64,000 nucleotides of DNA from a virus, in IMG/VR virus record IMGVR_UViG_3300010366_000011, positions 29,038-93,037 of that record; one strand, 5' to 3'. Numbering within the stretch: position 1 is the stretch's first letter; every line of letters begins with the position of its first letter. Of the stretch, positions 1 to 9,594 are shown piece after piece. The position numbers and the translations under genes were made by a program. The notes below the pieces were generated by a model. It saw only the letters and a program-made list of their open reading frames with translations. It ran no database searches and was not told where the DNA came from.

Positions 1-375
1 GACGAAGCCCTGCCAGACGTTATAGGTGACTGCGGATGCCACCGCCTGCACCCGCAGCGGCACCATCATCTTGAGGTTCGGCCAGTAGGGACTGTTTTGA
101 TTCCAGGCGTAGAAGCGGGCGTCGCGGTTTGTGAACAGACCGGAGAACTGCCCGGCCTCCGAGCGGTTGAGCTCGTGCTGGCGGCCCCGCTTCGTGCGGA
201 AGTTCCGGCAGTAGGCGCTCACGTCCGTCCAGGTGTAGGTGGTGTCGAGCGGGTTGTTGCCAAGCGCCATCTGGACGATGACCTGGTCCGGCTGACCTGC
301 GAGTGCCAACGGTGGCCTCCAGAGTTGCAGAGCGAGCGCGGTGACTAGGAGCGCCGCGAGGACGAGGCGTCTCAT
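1..375 (-). CDS. Minor tail protein (5' part; runs off the window)
   Basis: Read manually: ...TYTWTDVSAYCRNFRTKRGRQHELNRSEAGQFSGLFTNRDARFYAWNQNSPYWP..., typical of post-tape-measure tail proteins. The start is either ATG 375 (overlapping the TMP stop) or TTG 309 (GGAGG 6 nt upstream). Confidence 0.7.
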   Translation of the reverse strand, partial: MRRLVLAALLVTALALQLWRPPLALAGQPDQVIVQMALGNNPLDTTYTWTDVSAYCRNFRTKRGRQHELNRSEAGQFSGLFTNRDARFYAWNQNSPYWPNLKMMVPLRVQAVASAVTYNVWQGFV

Positions 376-3167
376 GCCAGTCCCGTGGAACCGGCAGACC
401 GGCCGAGCGTTCGTTGCGCCACGGAGCGGAGCGGATCGAACAGCGTCTGCGCAAGCCCGTCGGGGGTGAGGATGCCGAGCCCGGACACGTAGACATTGAG
501 GTTCACGACCCCCCCCAGTCCCCCAGCGCCTGCGAGCGGTGGGGCGATCACCAGCGACGACGCCGGGGGGATGATGGTCTCGCCGCCGTGGACGATGGCG
601 AACTGCGGGCTGCCGGTCGCGCCCGGCACGACACCGCCGGACTGGAAGCCGAGCACGTGGGCGATCGCACCCCCGGCGTGACCCACCGCCGAGATGGCCC
701 CGCCCACCGCCGAGATGGCACCGCCGATGGCGTCGAAGATCGGCTTCAGGAAGTTCCACACATCGGCGACCACCTGCTGGATCCAGTCCCACGCTCTCGC
801 CCAGAACCTGAGGAAGGCTCCGAAGATATCGGTGATGCCACCCCAGATCTCTCCCCAGTGCTTCCACAGCTCGTAGAAGGGGATGAGGAAGGGGGCGACG
901 AGAGCCATCACCAGGAAAAGGTGGTCCTTCACCCACGCCACGGCGTCACCGATGATGTCCTTGATCGCCTTCCACACCGTTGACCAGTGCGTGACCAGCT
1001 CGTAGGCCCCGACGATCAGCAGGCCGAGGACGAGGATGATCCCGCCCGTCGCGGCGATAATGGCGATGTTGGCTGCCACCCACGCCGCTGCGGTTGCGAT
1101 GGCGCTGGCGATCATGGAGGCGGCGGTCTCGGCGGCCATGATGCCCGTGCCCAGGAGATGCACACCAAACAGCACCAAGCGGGGGATCAGGTTGGACTCG
1201 ATGATCATCCCGACCGTCATCATGATCGGGCCGATCTCCACCATCCACTTGCCGAACTTGGCGCCGTTCACGGAGATGAAGTTGCCGATCTCCGTCTCGG
1301 CCGCCTTGATCCTGCCCGTAAAGGTGTTGCCGACCGCGTCGGCGGCGCCCTTGGTGCGGGCGTCGATCTGGGCCATCGCGGTGCTGGACTGGTTCTGCGC
1401 CGCGGTGAGCTGCGCAGCGGTGTCGGAGACCTTCTTCTGGGCGTCAGCCAGGGCTTCGGCGTCCTTCTGCGCAGCGACGCTCGCCTGCGCAGCGGCGACG
1501 TTGGCCGTGACAACACCTTGTTCGGACTGGGCAACCTGGTCCTGCGCGTCCTGCACCTTCTTGAGCGCCGCGGCGTACTGCGTGCTCCCCGGCAGCGAGG
1601 CGGCGAAGAGGTCGTTCTGCTTCTGCTGCGCGTCGGCTTGGGAGAGGTTGGCCTGGCGGAGCGCGAGCTGGGCATCGGCGAGCTGATTTCGCGCCGACGT
1701 CATTGCCGCTGAACCGGGCAGCGAGTCGGTCTGGAGCTTATTCAGCGCCGCCTGGGAGTCGGAGTAGGTCTTGTTGGCGTCCGTGACGCCGTACTGGGCC
1801 TCCTGGATGGCGAGCTGCGCGTCGGCGAGCTGGCGGCTTGTAGCGGTGCCGGAAGCTTGCAGGGTTGAGAGGTTGGCCGTGGCGTCGGCGAGCGTGTTGG
1901 CCGCCCTCTGCTGGCCGATCTGCGCCTTCCCAATGTTCTCCTGCGCGGTCGCCACGTCGGTGGCATCCGGACCCTTGGCGAGATCGTTCAGGGCCTTTTG
2001 TGTATCGATCACCTTCTGCGCCGCGTCCCGGGTAGTCTTGGCCGCGTTCGCGATGGCGATGTAGCCGGCCTCAACGTCCTTGGCCGCCGGGCCCGCGGCG
2101 AGGGTTGCGAACTCCTTCTCGGCCGTGTTCAGGTTCGCCAGCGCGTCCCGGTGGGCCTTGGCCGCCGAGGCCGCCTGTATCTGGGCCTGCCCCTCCTTGG
2201 CCGCCGATATCTGGGCTTGGTCGGCCTGGGTCTGCTGGACCTTCTGGAGAGCATCAACCGCCGCTGCGTGGTCCTTCTCGGCGGTGGCAAGATCCTTGAC
2301 GACCTTGGTCTGTGAGACCGTCTGGATATTGAGCTGGGCGAGCAATCTTCCCTTGCCCTGCTCGGCGAGCGTGACGTTCTGTGCCGCCTTGGCAAGGGAT
2401 GTGTGGGTGTCGACCGCGACGTTCTCAACCGTCGTCAGCTCTTTGATCGCGGTCGGCATGTCCTGCGTGGCCAGGTCCAGCTTGTTCAGGACCTGCATGA
2501 CCTCCGAGGCGGACTCTCCGTGCTTCGCCTCGGCGCTGATGACCTGGTTGATCGACCCGGCATACTCGTCATACGAATGGCCGGTGTTCTGGATCGTGTT
2601 CGCTAGTGCCGCCTGGTTCTGCTCGACACCCTGGCCGGCCTTGACCAGCAGGGCACCCACGACGGTGACTACACCACCCACGGCCGTGATCGCGGCTCCA
2701 ACCTTGGCTACTGCGTCCGGCAGGCTGTCCCAGGCGTTCTGGAGCCCTTGGGTAGCCTGGGTGATGACGTTGACCGCGGATGGGATCGGGCCAAGTGACA
2801 CGCCGGCCTGCATGGCGGCCATCTGCATGTTGTTGAACGCCGTCGTGCCGAACTGCGCGCCGCCGCTGAGAGCGGACCCCATCTTGCCGGCGGCGACGTT
2901 TACTTCCTCGCTCGCCGCAGCTGCGGCCTTGGCGGCTGCCGAGACCTCCTCCTCGAAGACCGCCTGGGCAGCGGCCTTGCCCTGCTCCTCGAGCGTGGTG
3001 GCGAGTGCCTTGCCCGTGGCGGTGCCGGCGTCCGCGCCGACCTTGGCTCCCGCCTCCGTCATCGGGCCGGCGAGGGCCTCCAGGATCTGAACCGCCTTCG
3101 GAGCCTCGCTCTGGAACTGGGTCAGCGAGAGCTGGAGCTGGGCGACGACTGGGTCGAGATAAGCCAC
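372..3167 (-). CDS. Tape measure protein
   Basis: 931 aa, Ala/Gln-rich helical, C-terminal hydrophobic and Trp-periodic segments, FQSGGVVPG...AIVHGGETIIP tail motif; lies downstream of the tail chaperone. Confidence 0.92.
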   Translation of the reverse strand: MAYLDPVVAQLQLSLTQFQSEAPKAVQILEALAGPMTEAGAKVGADAGTATGKALATTLEEQGKAAAQAVFEEEVSAAAKAAAAASEEVNVAAGKMGSALSGGAQFGTTAFNNMQMAAMQAGVSLGPIPSAVNVITQATQGLQNAWDSLPDAVAKVGAAITAVGGVVTVVGALLVKAGQGVEQNQAALANTIQNTGHSYDEYAGSINQVISAEAKHGESASEVMQVLNKLDLATQDMPTAIKELTTVENVAVDTHTSLAKAAQNVTLAEQGKGRLLAQLNIQTVSQTKVVKDLATAEKDHAAAVDALQKVQQTQADQAQISAAKEGQAQIQAASAAKAHRDALANLNTAEKEFATLAAGPAAKDVEAGYIAIANAAKTTRDAAQKVIDTQKALNDLAKGPDATDVATAQENIGKAQIGQQRAANTLADATANLSTLQASGTATSRQLADAQLAIQEAQYGVTDANKTYSDSQAALNKLQTDSLPGSAAMTSARNQLADAQLALRQANLSQADAQQKQNDLFAASLPGSTQYAAALKKVQDAQDQVAQSEQGVVTANVAAAQASVAAQKDAEALADAQKKVSDTAAQLTAAQNQSSTAMAQIDARTKGAADAVGNTFTGRIKAAETEIGNFISVNGAKFGKWMVEIGPIMMTVGMIIESNLIPRLVLFGVHLLGTGIMAAETAASMIASAIATAAAWVAANIAIIAATGGIILVLGLLIVGAYELVTHWSTVWKAIKDIIGDAVAWVKDHLFLVMALVAPFLIPFYELWKHWGEIWGGITDIFGAFLRFWARAWDWIQQVVADVWNFLKPIFDAIGGAISAVGGAISAVGHAGGAIAHVLGFQSGGVVPGATGSPQFAIVHGGETIIPPASSLVIAPPLAGAGGLGGVVNLNVYVSGLGILTPDGLAQTLFDPLRSVAQRTLGRSAGSTGLA

Positions 3168-3187
3168 AGGCGTCGCCCTTTCCGGAT

Positions 3188-3640
3188 TTAGGTCAGCGCC
3201 TTGCCGATCTCCTCCAGGAAGACGTTGACGGCGTGCGACTGGACCACGAAGTCAAAGGCAGGCTTGAGGTAGGGCATCGGGGGCTGGTCGTAGTGGCGCG
3301 ACCGGGAGTCGATGCCCTGGAAGCCGAGCTCGATGCGGCGGCTGTAGCGCATCGTCGGCCCGACGCTGATGGTCCAGAGACCTCCGGCCAGGCTCGGCCC
3401 GTCCACCATGATCGACCGCCGATGCGAGCCGGTCACCACTCCGGGGCCCGTGCCTCCTTGACGCGCTCGGGGGCCGGGCCGGCCGTGCAGCCAGCGCGCC
3501 TCCCCGCTTGAGTTCTCCTTGGCCTGGGCCTCCACCATGTGCCCTAGGCGAGAGAGCGCGGCCCTGCCGCCCTCCTGCGCCCGGCTGACCATGCTCTCAA
3601 GCGAGCGGCTAAACCCGTCCAGGCCCTCTAGCGTTGCGAT
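3188..3640 (-). CDS. HK97 gp10-like tail/neck protein
   Basis: LEGLDGFSRSL...PGVVTGSHRRSI...VGPTMRYSRRIELG...PPMPYLKPAF. The start is uncertain (ATC 3640 with a good SD, or ATG 3592). Confidence 0.75.
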   Translation of the reverse strand: MATLEGLDGFSRSLESMVSRAQEGGRAALSRLGHMVEAQAKENSSGEARWLHGRPGPRARQGGTGPGVVTGSHRRSIMVDGPSLAGGLWTISVGPTMRYSRRIELGFQGIDSRSRHYDQPPMPYLKPAFDFVVQSHAVNVFLEEIGKALT

Positions 3641-3850
3641 TGGCGGCCTCCTGGGCGTCGGCCCGGCCTTGCGCCTCGGCGGCGTCGTAGGCGAGATACC
3701 AGGCAACCTTCGCCGCTGGCAGGGTGTCCACGTACTCCACCGTCCAGCCCGGGAAGAGCCGGAGCACCCGGTAGCGCAGGTACTCGAGCGGGAGCGGGTT
3801 GCGCGTGTTGTGCCCGGCGGTTACTGCCCGGACGCGCTGGAGGATCCAAA
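3609..3850 (-). CDS. Tail assembly chaperone -1 frameshift extension (GT-like)
   Basis: The -1 frame after CCCTTTT reads WILQRVRAVTAGHNTRNPLPLEYLRYRVLRLFPGWTVEYVDTLP..., resembling T-type extensions. Confidence 0.7.
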
Positions 3851-4408
3851 AGGGATCTCGGCTGAGTCCGCCTGAGCTCCCTCCGGCACCGAGGAGAAGT
3901 CTGGATGCCCGGCGTCCCAGATCGCCGTCGCTGCGTCCCGGAGCTTCATGCCGTCGAGACGAGGAATCATCCGCAGGGAATCCACATCGAGACCGACGGG
4001 TTGCCCTGAGACCGCCCGGCCATGCACCAGCCGTGGCCGTTCCCGGACTACACCGGGCAGCGGCAGGTCGAAGTCCCACGACACGATCAGAGAGCATAGC
4101 GGGAAGTTTTTCTGCGTCGACACCTGGGTCGCCAGAGCAGTGGCCGACACCTGGAGAGCCATCGTCTGGCCGGCCCCCGCAGGCACGTCGGCGATGCTCA
4201 GGCCCTCCGTGGGCTGCGGGATGTCCGCTGAGGTGCGCCCGTTCGCCAGCGGCGTTGCCTGCTGGCGTAGCTGGGCGGACGCGGCTATCTGCGAGGCCAG
4301 CGCCTCGAGATCCATGTCGTCGCCGAAGGTGACCTCGGTTCGAAGAGTCGCCGAGTGACCGGAGGGAAGCAGGATCGTTTCCGTCGGAACATCCATCGGT
4401 GCTGGCAT
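3821..4408 (-). CDS. Tail assembly chaperone (G-like)
   Basis: ATG overlaps the major tail stop (TGATG); LIVSWDF motif; contains a slippery site near its 3' end. Confidence 0.75.
   Translation of the reverse strand: MPAPMDVPTETILLPSGHSATLRTEVTFGDDMDLEALASQIAASAQLRQQATPLANGRTSADIPQPTEGLSIADVPAGAGQTMALQVSATALATQVSTQKNFPLCSLIVSWDFDLPLPGVVRERPRLVHGRAVSGQPVGLDVDSLRMIPRLDGMKLRDAATAIWDAGHPDFSSVPEGAQADSAEIPFGSSSASGQ
3848..3854 (-). other. -1 programmed ribosomal frameshift slippery heptamer C CCT TTT
   Basis: X XXY YYZ pattern in frame with E-I-P-F of the chaperone; the shift joins it to the downstream frame. Confidence 0.75.
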
Positions 4409-5589
4409 CAGTAGACCCCCTGTGGGCTGATCGTCGTGATCTTCACCGGGGAGTATCCCACCGATCCCCCCGCGTCGGTGGTGTTGGCGATGCCCTCGAT
4501 GGTGGCCTCGGTCTCCAGATAGTGCTTGCCGCGGATGGCCTGGGTGGGGGAGATGAAGGCACACGAGTTCATGTGGATCTCCACCGAGCGGTTCGCCACG
4601 CCCTGCTGGATGAGGGTCACGTCCAGCGCAGGTTGCGTGTTGTTGATGTAGTAAGCCAGCTCGGTGTCATCCTCGTAGACGAGCAGCACCTTTCCCTTGG
4701 CGGTGATCGGGCCGCCGAAGATCGAATAAGGGTTCTGAACGCCCTGAGCTGTCCAGATGGGGGCGAGGTTCATACGGGCGATGGTGAGGTCCAGGCTCCA
4801 GAGTTTTGTGATGGTGGAGCCGGCGATCTTCGCGGTGCAGTTCCAGCCAGGGATGGGAGCTGTGGAGGAGAAGGAGATCGCAGGAGCGGATCCGGTCACG
4901 GGAAGCGCCGAGAAGACCTTGGTCGTGTAATTGAACATGTCCTCCGACGTGAACTTGAAGGCCACCTCGGAGACCTCGGCTCCCGCGAACTGGCGCATGT
5001 TGAACCCATTGAAGTCCGAGACCGTGAGAGCCGGGGCCTGGCCGTTGGACAGGTTGTAGGCCGAGAAGGTGTTGGTGAACGGGGCCACCACGGGCTGCAC
5101 TGTCTGGGCACTGGCGTGGGCAAAGCTCAACGGTGAGTTGAGGGTGAGAGTGAACGGCCCGGCGCCGCTCACCGATACCACCGAGCGGATCTCCGCCGTG
5201 GCACCCGTTCCGATCTGAAGGACGGTGGTGGCAGCCTCAGTGGCCGCAGTGGAGATCGTAGTGGCGCCGATGGCGGCCGATGACGACAGGGTGGTGGAGC
5301 CTCCGGAGGCGGTCCCGACCCCGCCGACGTCGCCCATGAGCGCAGCTAGCCAGAACCCGATGGCGTCCGGGAACACGTCGCCCTGACACGAGTATTCCCC
5401 GTCCTCGACTCCCTGGATCATCCCGTAGGTCTGGGCCATGGCACCGCGGAAGCCTTCGTCCGGGAGGTACTTGATCTGCGGGAGCGCGTTCGGCGCCTTG
5501 ATCGGGATGAAGAACGACGGGGCCACCGCGGTGAACTTCGTGGTCTCCCGGGCCACACCGAGCCAGGATAGGTTGACGGGATATGGCAC
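4408..5589 (-). CDS. Major tail (tube) protein
   Basis: SWLGVARETT...; phage tail tube-like with an internal Thr/Ser-rich inserted domain; upstream of chaperone and TMP. Confidence 0.85.
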   Translation of the reverse strand: MPYPVNLSWLGVARETTKFTAVAPSFFIPIKAPNALPQIKYLPDEGFRGAMAQTYGMIQGVEDGEYSCQGDVFPDAIGFWLAALMGDVGGVGTASGGSTTLSSSAAIGATTISTAATEAATTVLQIGTGATAEIRSVVSVSGAGPFTLTLNSPLSFAHASAQTVQPVVAPFTNTFSAYNLSNGQAPALTVSDFNGFNMRQFAGAEVSEVAFKFTSEDMFNYTTKVFSALPVTGSAPAISFSSTAPIPGWNCTAKIAGSTITKLWSLDLTIARMNLAPIWTAQGVQNPYSIFGGPITAKGKVLLVYEDDTELAYYINNTQPALDVTLIQQGVANRSVEIHMNSCAFISPTQAIRGKHYLETEATIEGIANTTDAGGSVGYSPVKITTISPQGVY

Positions 5590-5694
5590 AGCAGTCTCCC
5601 CTCTAGTGAATTGTCCTTAGATCGCCCTGCGAAGTGGTCCCTAGACGAGCGCGCCAAGAAGCCCCGCCAAGGGCTCCGGCACTATGAGGGGTAC

Positions 5695-6000
5695 TTAGTT
5701 CAGCGTGATCGAGCGGCCCCCGTTGGGTGGCAGGGGAACTACCGGGGCCATCAGCTTGGCCCGTGCAACTTGGGCCTCGGCGGAGTCCAGCCAGGTGGAG
5801 ACCCTCGTCTCGTACGAGTAGAGGAACTCCACCCACTCAGGCGAGCCCGTCGGCCCGATCAGCTTCTCAATGAGCATCTCGATCATCCACGCCGGCCCGA
5901 TGCTGGCCGCCATGCCCTGGCCCTGGAGCCCGGCCAGACGGCGCTGGTTGCTCTGTTGCAGAGTTACCAGACTCTCGGGCGTGACGGAAGGATCAGCCAT
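5695..6000 (-). CDS. Hypothetical protein
   Basis: 101 aa ORF, collinear and tightly packed in the operon. Confidence 0.6.
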   Translation of the reverse strand: MADPSVTPESLVTLQQSNQRRLAGLQGQGMAASIGPAWMIEMLIEKLIGPTGSPEWVEFLYSYETRVSTWLDSAEAQVARAKLMAPVVPLPPNGGRSITLN

Positions 6001-6005
6001 GTCGG

Positions 6006-6554
6006 TCAGGGAGTCGCCGGCGCCGTGGTGGCGTCGGGAGCGGGAGCCTCCATGGTAGGCGCGGCGGCCATGGTCTCGACGGATGCCGCAGCAACCGGGG
6101 GTCCTGGGATGGGCTCGGCGGTGGGTTCTGTACCCGTGCCGGGCGCGGAAGGCTCCGGCACGACGCCGCCGGAGTGGAAACCTTCGGGAGCCGTCGCAGC
6201 AAGCTCGCTGACCACGCCCGAGGGGTCTTGCACGAGAGCGGCGCCGATGTTCTCCGCCGTGGCCTCGGCCGCGGGGATCAGCTCGAGATGGGGACTGTTC
6301 ACGACCACGGCAACCTCTGTCGGCAGCGTGACCGCAGCACCCGTCTCCGGATGGGTATCGCCCGGGCTCAGGATATGGACCGGGGCAACCTCGACCACAT
6401 CTCCCGGGTGAAGGTCGGCGAGAGGTGGCGGATCCTGGCCCTCCGGCGGCGCTGCGTGACGGTGGACGCGCAGGATCGGCAGGAACGGAAAACTCATGGC
6501 GGCGTGGTGGATGAATCTGTAGAACCTGCCGTGGGGCTCCGGTGCCTCATCCAT
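6006..6554 (-). CDS. Hypothetical protein with Pro/Ala-rich C-terminus
   Basis: ATG 6554 with GAGGAG upstream; collinear. Confidence 0.55.
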   Translation of the reverse strand: MDEAPEPHGRFYRFIHHAAMSFPFLPILRVHRHAAPPEGQDPPPLADLHPGDVVEVAPVHILSPGDTHPETGAAVTLPTEVAVVVNSPHLELIPAAEATAENIGAALVQDPSGVVSELAATAPEGFHSGGVVPEPSAPGTGTEPTAEPIPGPPVAAASVETMAAAPTMEAPAPDATTAPATP

Positions 6555-6588
6555 CCCGTGTACTCCTCTCTCGCCGTTGGCGACGGCC

Positions 6589-6777
6589 TCAGTGATGCGG
6601 ATGTGAGATGTGCTTGATCTTGCGAGTCTTGTGGACCTTGACGTGCTTCTTGGCAGCGGCTCCCTTCGGTGCCGGCTGTCCATGGATCGCGGCGTGGTGA
6701 GCCTTGGCCTGAGCCTTTGGCTTGACCTGATGTACGGCGATTCGGTGCGTACGAAGTGCAATGTGATGGTACGCCAT
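6589..6777 (-). CDS. Small His/Lys-rich basic protein
   Basis: MAYHHIALRTHRIAVHQVKPKAQAKAHH...; GGAGG SD; TGATG coupling. Confidence 0.5.
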   Translation of the reverse strand: MAYHHIALRTHRIAVHQVKPKAQAKAHHAAIHGQPAPKGAAAKKHVKVHKTRKIKHISHPHH

Positions 6778-6974
6778 CAGACCTCCTCGCATGGCCGGTA
6801 GTGCTCGGCGAGCCAGTGGACCTCCCAGAGCGCCCGGCTGGCGAACATGACCTTGCACTCGTAGCAGGCGGGTTTGTACCGGAAGAGCGTTCGCCAGCTT
6901 CGGCGCCAGAACGGCTCGGGGACGGCGACGATCTCTCCCAGGTCGGGATCCCAGCCTTCGACAGGTTCGTTCAT
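6777..6974 (-). CDS. Small C2H2 zinc-finger protein
   Basis: CYECKVMFASRALWEVHWLAEH = Cx2Cx3Fx8Hx4H; ATGA coupling. Confidence 0.55.
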   Translation of the reverse strand: MNEPVEGWDPDLGEIVAVPEPFWRRSWRTLFRYKPACYECKVMFASRALWEVHWLAEHYRPCEEV

Positions 6975-7504
6975 GCCGTGAACCATACCTGCACCCACCA
7001 CGTTACCTGGTTACGGATCCACACCGTGCCGTCATCGCTTCGCACCGGCAGTTCCGAGCCCACGTGGATATGGCCATGCTGCGGATCCCCCTCGCCGGCA
7101 CAGAACACCATTCCGCCCATCGTCTGGTCGGAGCGGATCCGGGTCTTGATCGCCTCGACCAAGGTGTCATAGTCGTCCATCGCCAGCTCGGCCATGTCCT
7201 CGCCCTGGCCTACCACTGCGAGGCGCGCCGAGCGGAACATCACGTAGAGCGAGACCTCGAACCAGGTGGCCTTCCATCCGCTGAATACCGGGGAGGTCTC
7301 CCGGTACTCGTCGTCAGTGTGGATCCAGACGAACGCAACAGCATCCGAGGCGACCCCGGCCGGCGCCGTGAAGTCCCGGCCGCCCATGAGAACCCGGGGG
7401 CTCCGGTAGACGGTCGACAGTCCCGGGACGGGGGGAGTGGTGAACCAGGCTTGGATCAGCGCCCGCAGATCCTGGCGCTGAGTGACCGCCGACGGACCGG
7501 GCAT
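6971..7504 (-). CDS. Putative tail terminator/completion protein
   Basis: 177 aa; D-x-LVEAIKTRIRSDQTMGG motif; position in the head-tail region. Confidence 0.55.
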   Translation of the reverse strand: MPGPSAVTQRQDLRALIQAWFTTPPVPGLSTVYRSPRVLMGGRDFTAPAGVASDAVAFVWIHTDDEYRETSPVFSGWKATWFEVSLYVMFRSARLAVVGQGEDMAELAMDDYDTLVEAIKTRIRSDQTMGGMVFCAGEGDPQHGHIHVGSELPVRSDDGTVWIRNQVTWWVQVWFTA

Positions 7505-7873
7505 CTACCGGTCCGGTCGGAGCGGTCCGTCCAGCTTCTCCAAAAGCGCCCTGCCCTCCTTGCACGGTATTCCGGGAGCACCGCAGTAGCAGGCGCCCTC
7601 CCAAGGGTCGGATGGGTCGCTGACCATGTCACCCCAAGCCAGGTGCGGATGATCCTCGCACACGTAGCCAGTCCCGAGACAGAACGGGCAGGCAGGATCT
7701 ATGCCGCCGGGCCCGCAGACGAACTCCTCCACGATGCTGCGCAGTGGTGGCGCCGGAGGGGAAGAAGGCCGCGCTGGGGCTGTTGGCGTGTGGTGCGAAT
7801 GGCCGAGCACTTCCCCGTCTCCGGCCCCGTCCTCCCGGGCGCTGGGGGGGCTAGCGAGCCGGGAAGATCTCAT
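7505..7873 (-). CDS. Hypothetical Cys-rich protein
   Basis: CPFCLGTGYVCEDHP...CYCGAPGIPC. Confidence 0.5.
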   Translation of the reverse strand: MRSSRLASPPSAREDGAGDGEVLGHSHHTPTAPARPSSPPAPPLRSIVEEFVCGPGGIDPACPFCLGTGYVCEDHPHLAWGDMVSDPSDPWEGACYCGAPGIPCKEGRALLEKLDGPLRPDR

Positions 7874-8063
7874 CAGGATTCCGTGATCCGAGCAGGTCGA
7901 CAAAGCCTGAGTGGTGCATGGTCGCGGTGGCCGATGTGACCACGCCTGCGTGCTCAAGCTGGTCCACCAGAGCCTTGAGATTGGCGATCACGGTCTGCTC
8001 CGCCTCTCTCTGTGCTTCCACGCTGCCGGGGATGTTCCCGCTGATAATTGCCTGCCAGGTCAT
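7851..8063 (-). CDS. Hypothetical protein
   Basis: 70 aa, AAAGGAG SD. Confidence 0.55.
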   Translation of the reverse strand: MTWQAIISGNIPGSVEAQREAEQTVIANLKALVDQLEHAGVVTSATATMHHSGFVDLLGSRNPDEIFPAR

Positions 8064-8087
8064 TGTTACCCGTCTCCTTTCCGGCTG

Positions 8088-9593
8088 TCAGAACAGCCAC
8101 CATTTCCAGGTCGGGGCGGCGGCGCCGGTCCAGGAAATCGTCTTGCCGCTGGGCACGATGACCGTCCCCGAGGTCAGGCCCGTCACCACGCCGTCCACGG
8201 TGATGGCGGTCACCGTGCCGCCGGTAATGGTGACGGCGGCATCTCTCCAGAAGGTGTTCTGGTAGGCGACGGTGCTGGCGGGGACGGCGGGAGCAGTTAC
8301 CGCGCCCTTGCCGGCCTGGAGGCTCTTGATGTCGAGGTTGGCGGCGCCCGTGACGATAGGAGCAAACGGGGTGTCGTTCGTCTGCAAGCCCACGGACCCA
8401 TAAAGGCGGTTGCCCGGATCGTAGATGTGCGCCTGCGGAGCGAAGCCACCAGCACCGTCCTCATAGTCGAGGACGTCGATCACGATCTTGCTGTAGGTGT
8501 TGCTGGCCGATACATTCAGGCAGACGGCGCAAGCCTCGATCGAGGCGTAGCCGATCCAAGCGCCGTGGAAGCTGGTCCCATCCTGGCAAAAGATGCCATC
8601 GGCGCAGTAGATGGCACGCATCGACTGGATGCAGGTGTGCTCACCCACCAGAATCGGAAAGTAGGCGCCCTCGCATGAGTACCAGACACCGTTGCAGTTG
8701 TCGTTGTTGCCCGTCTGGGGCATCCCCAGTCCGAACTGCCATGTGTGGGCTGGTATGGTGGCCGTGGGTGGGTTCTGGTCCGCCTGGCTGCCCAACCTCC
8801 CGAAGTTGAACTCCGCGAGGCAGCGGGCATCGAGGCCGGAGACCGTGGAGTTGGCTGGATAGACGAAGGCAATCCCGTCGATGTAGAGCAGCATGTTGGA
8901 GAAGAGCGGATCGCTGATGCTCCACGATGGCCCGTAGCCTTCGGCCGGGGTCGGGCCGCCAAGGATGGATGCCTCTCCGAAGCCGCTGAGCGTGATGCTC
9001 ACGCCCGTGGCGGTGGCGGTCGCATTCTGGCTCAGCGTGACCTGCGTCGCCGACTGGCGGGAAGCTATCCAGGTGCCCAGGGGGATCCCAGCACCGGTGA
9101 CGTAGCGCCCGATGTCCGTAGCGACGAAGGCCGCAGTGGCGCTGGTCACCACGGCCGAGTTATTGGTGGTCACTCCATTGTTGAACGTGCGCCCGCTGGC
9201 GTCGTTGGAGCCGTCGGTCCTCGTTGTCTTGAAGACCGTCCCCGACTGCTGGGTGACCGTCTGGTGCCAGTGGGGAAGCGAGGTCGCATCCCCGGCGCCC
9301 ACCAGCTCCAGGACGAACTTCTGCCCCGTGACCGGCATGATCGGCAAGGGCACGATCGCATTGCCCCGGGTCGCTCCGCCCTGGACATAGGACCCGTTGA
9401 GCATGTAAATACCGGCCGGGAAGAACAGCCGGGCGAAGTAGGTCCCGTTGGCGATTCCATTGGCGACCTCGGTGGAGATCGCGTTCCACAGGGCCGCGCT
9501 GTCGTCGGTGGACCCGTCTCCCTTGAGGTTGTAGGCGGTCTTGGCGTTGACCCCAGCGGACAGGGTCGCGGAGGATGGCACCGACAGCCCCAC
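8088..9593 (-). CDS. Pectin-lyase-like beta-helix virion protein (tailspike/receptor-binding candidate)
   Basis: YNLKGDGSTDDSAAL...LFFPAGIY pectate_lyase_3-type N-terminus; GTG start 9593 with GGAGG. Confidence 0.7.
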   Translation of the reverse strand: MGLSVPSSATLSAGVNAKTAYNLKGDGSTDDSAALWNAISTEVANGIANGTYFARLFFPAGIYMLNGSYVQGGATRGNAIVPLPIMPVTGQKFVLELVGAGDATSLPHWHQTVTQQSGTVFKTTRTDGSNDASGRTFNNGVTTNNSAVVTSATAAFVATDIGRYVTGAGIPLGTWIASRQSATQVTLSQNATATATGVSITLSGFGEASILGGPTPAEGYGPSWSISDPLFSNMLLYIDGIAFVYPANSTVSGLDARCLAEFNFGRLGSQADQNPPTATIPAHTWQFGLGMPQTGNNDNCNGVWYSCEGAYFPILVGEHTCIQSMRAIYCADGIFCQDGTSFHGAWIGYASIEACAVCLNVSASNTYSKIVIDVLDYEDGAGGFAPQAHIYDPGNRLYGSVGLQTNDTPFAPIVTGAANLDIKSLQAGKGAVTAPAVPASTVAYQNTFWRDAAVTITGGTVTAITVDGVVTGLTSGTVIVPSGKTISWTGAAAPTWKWWLF

Positions 9594-9594
9594 G

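Noticed and set aside
310-375. Signal peptide on the minor tail protein
   Set aside because: A downstream TTG with a good SD is at least as plausible a start, so the hydrophobic leader may not be translated.
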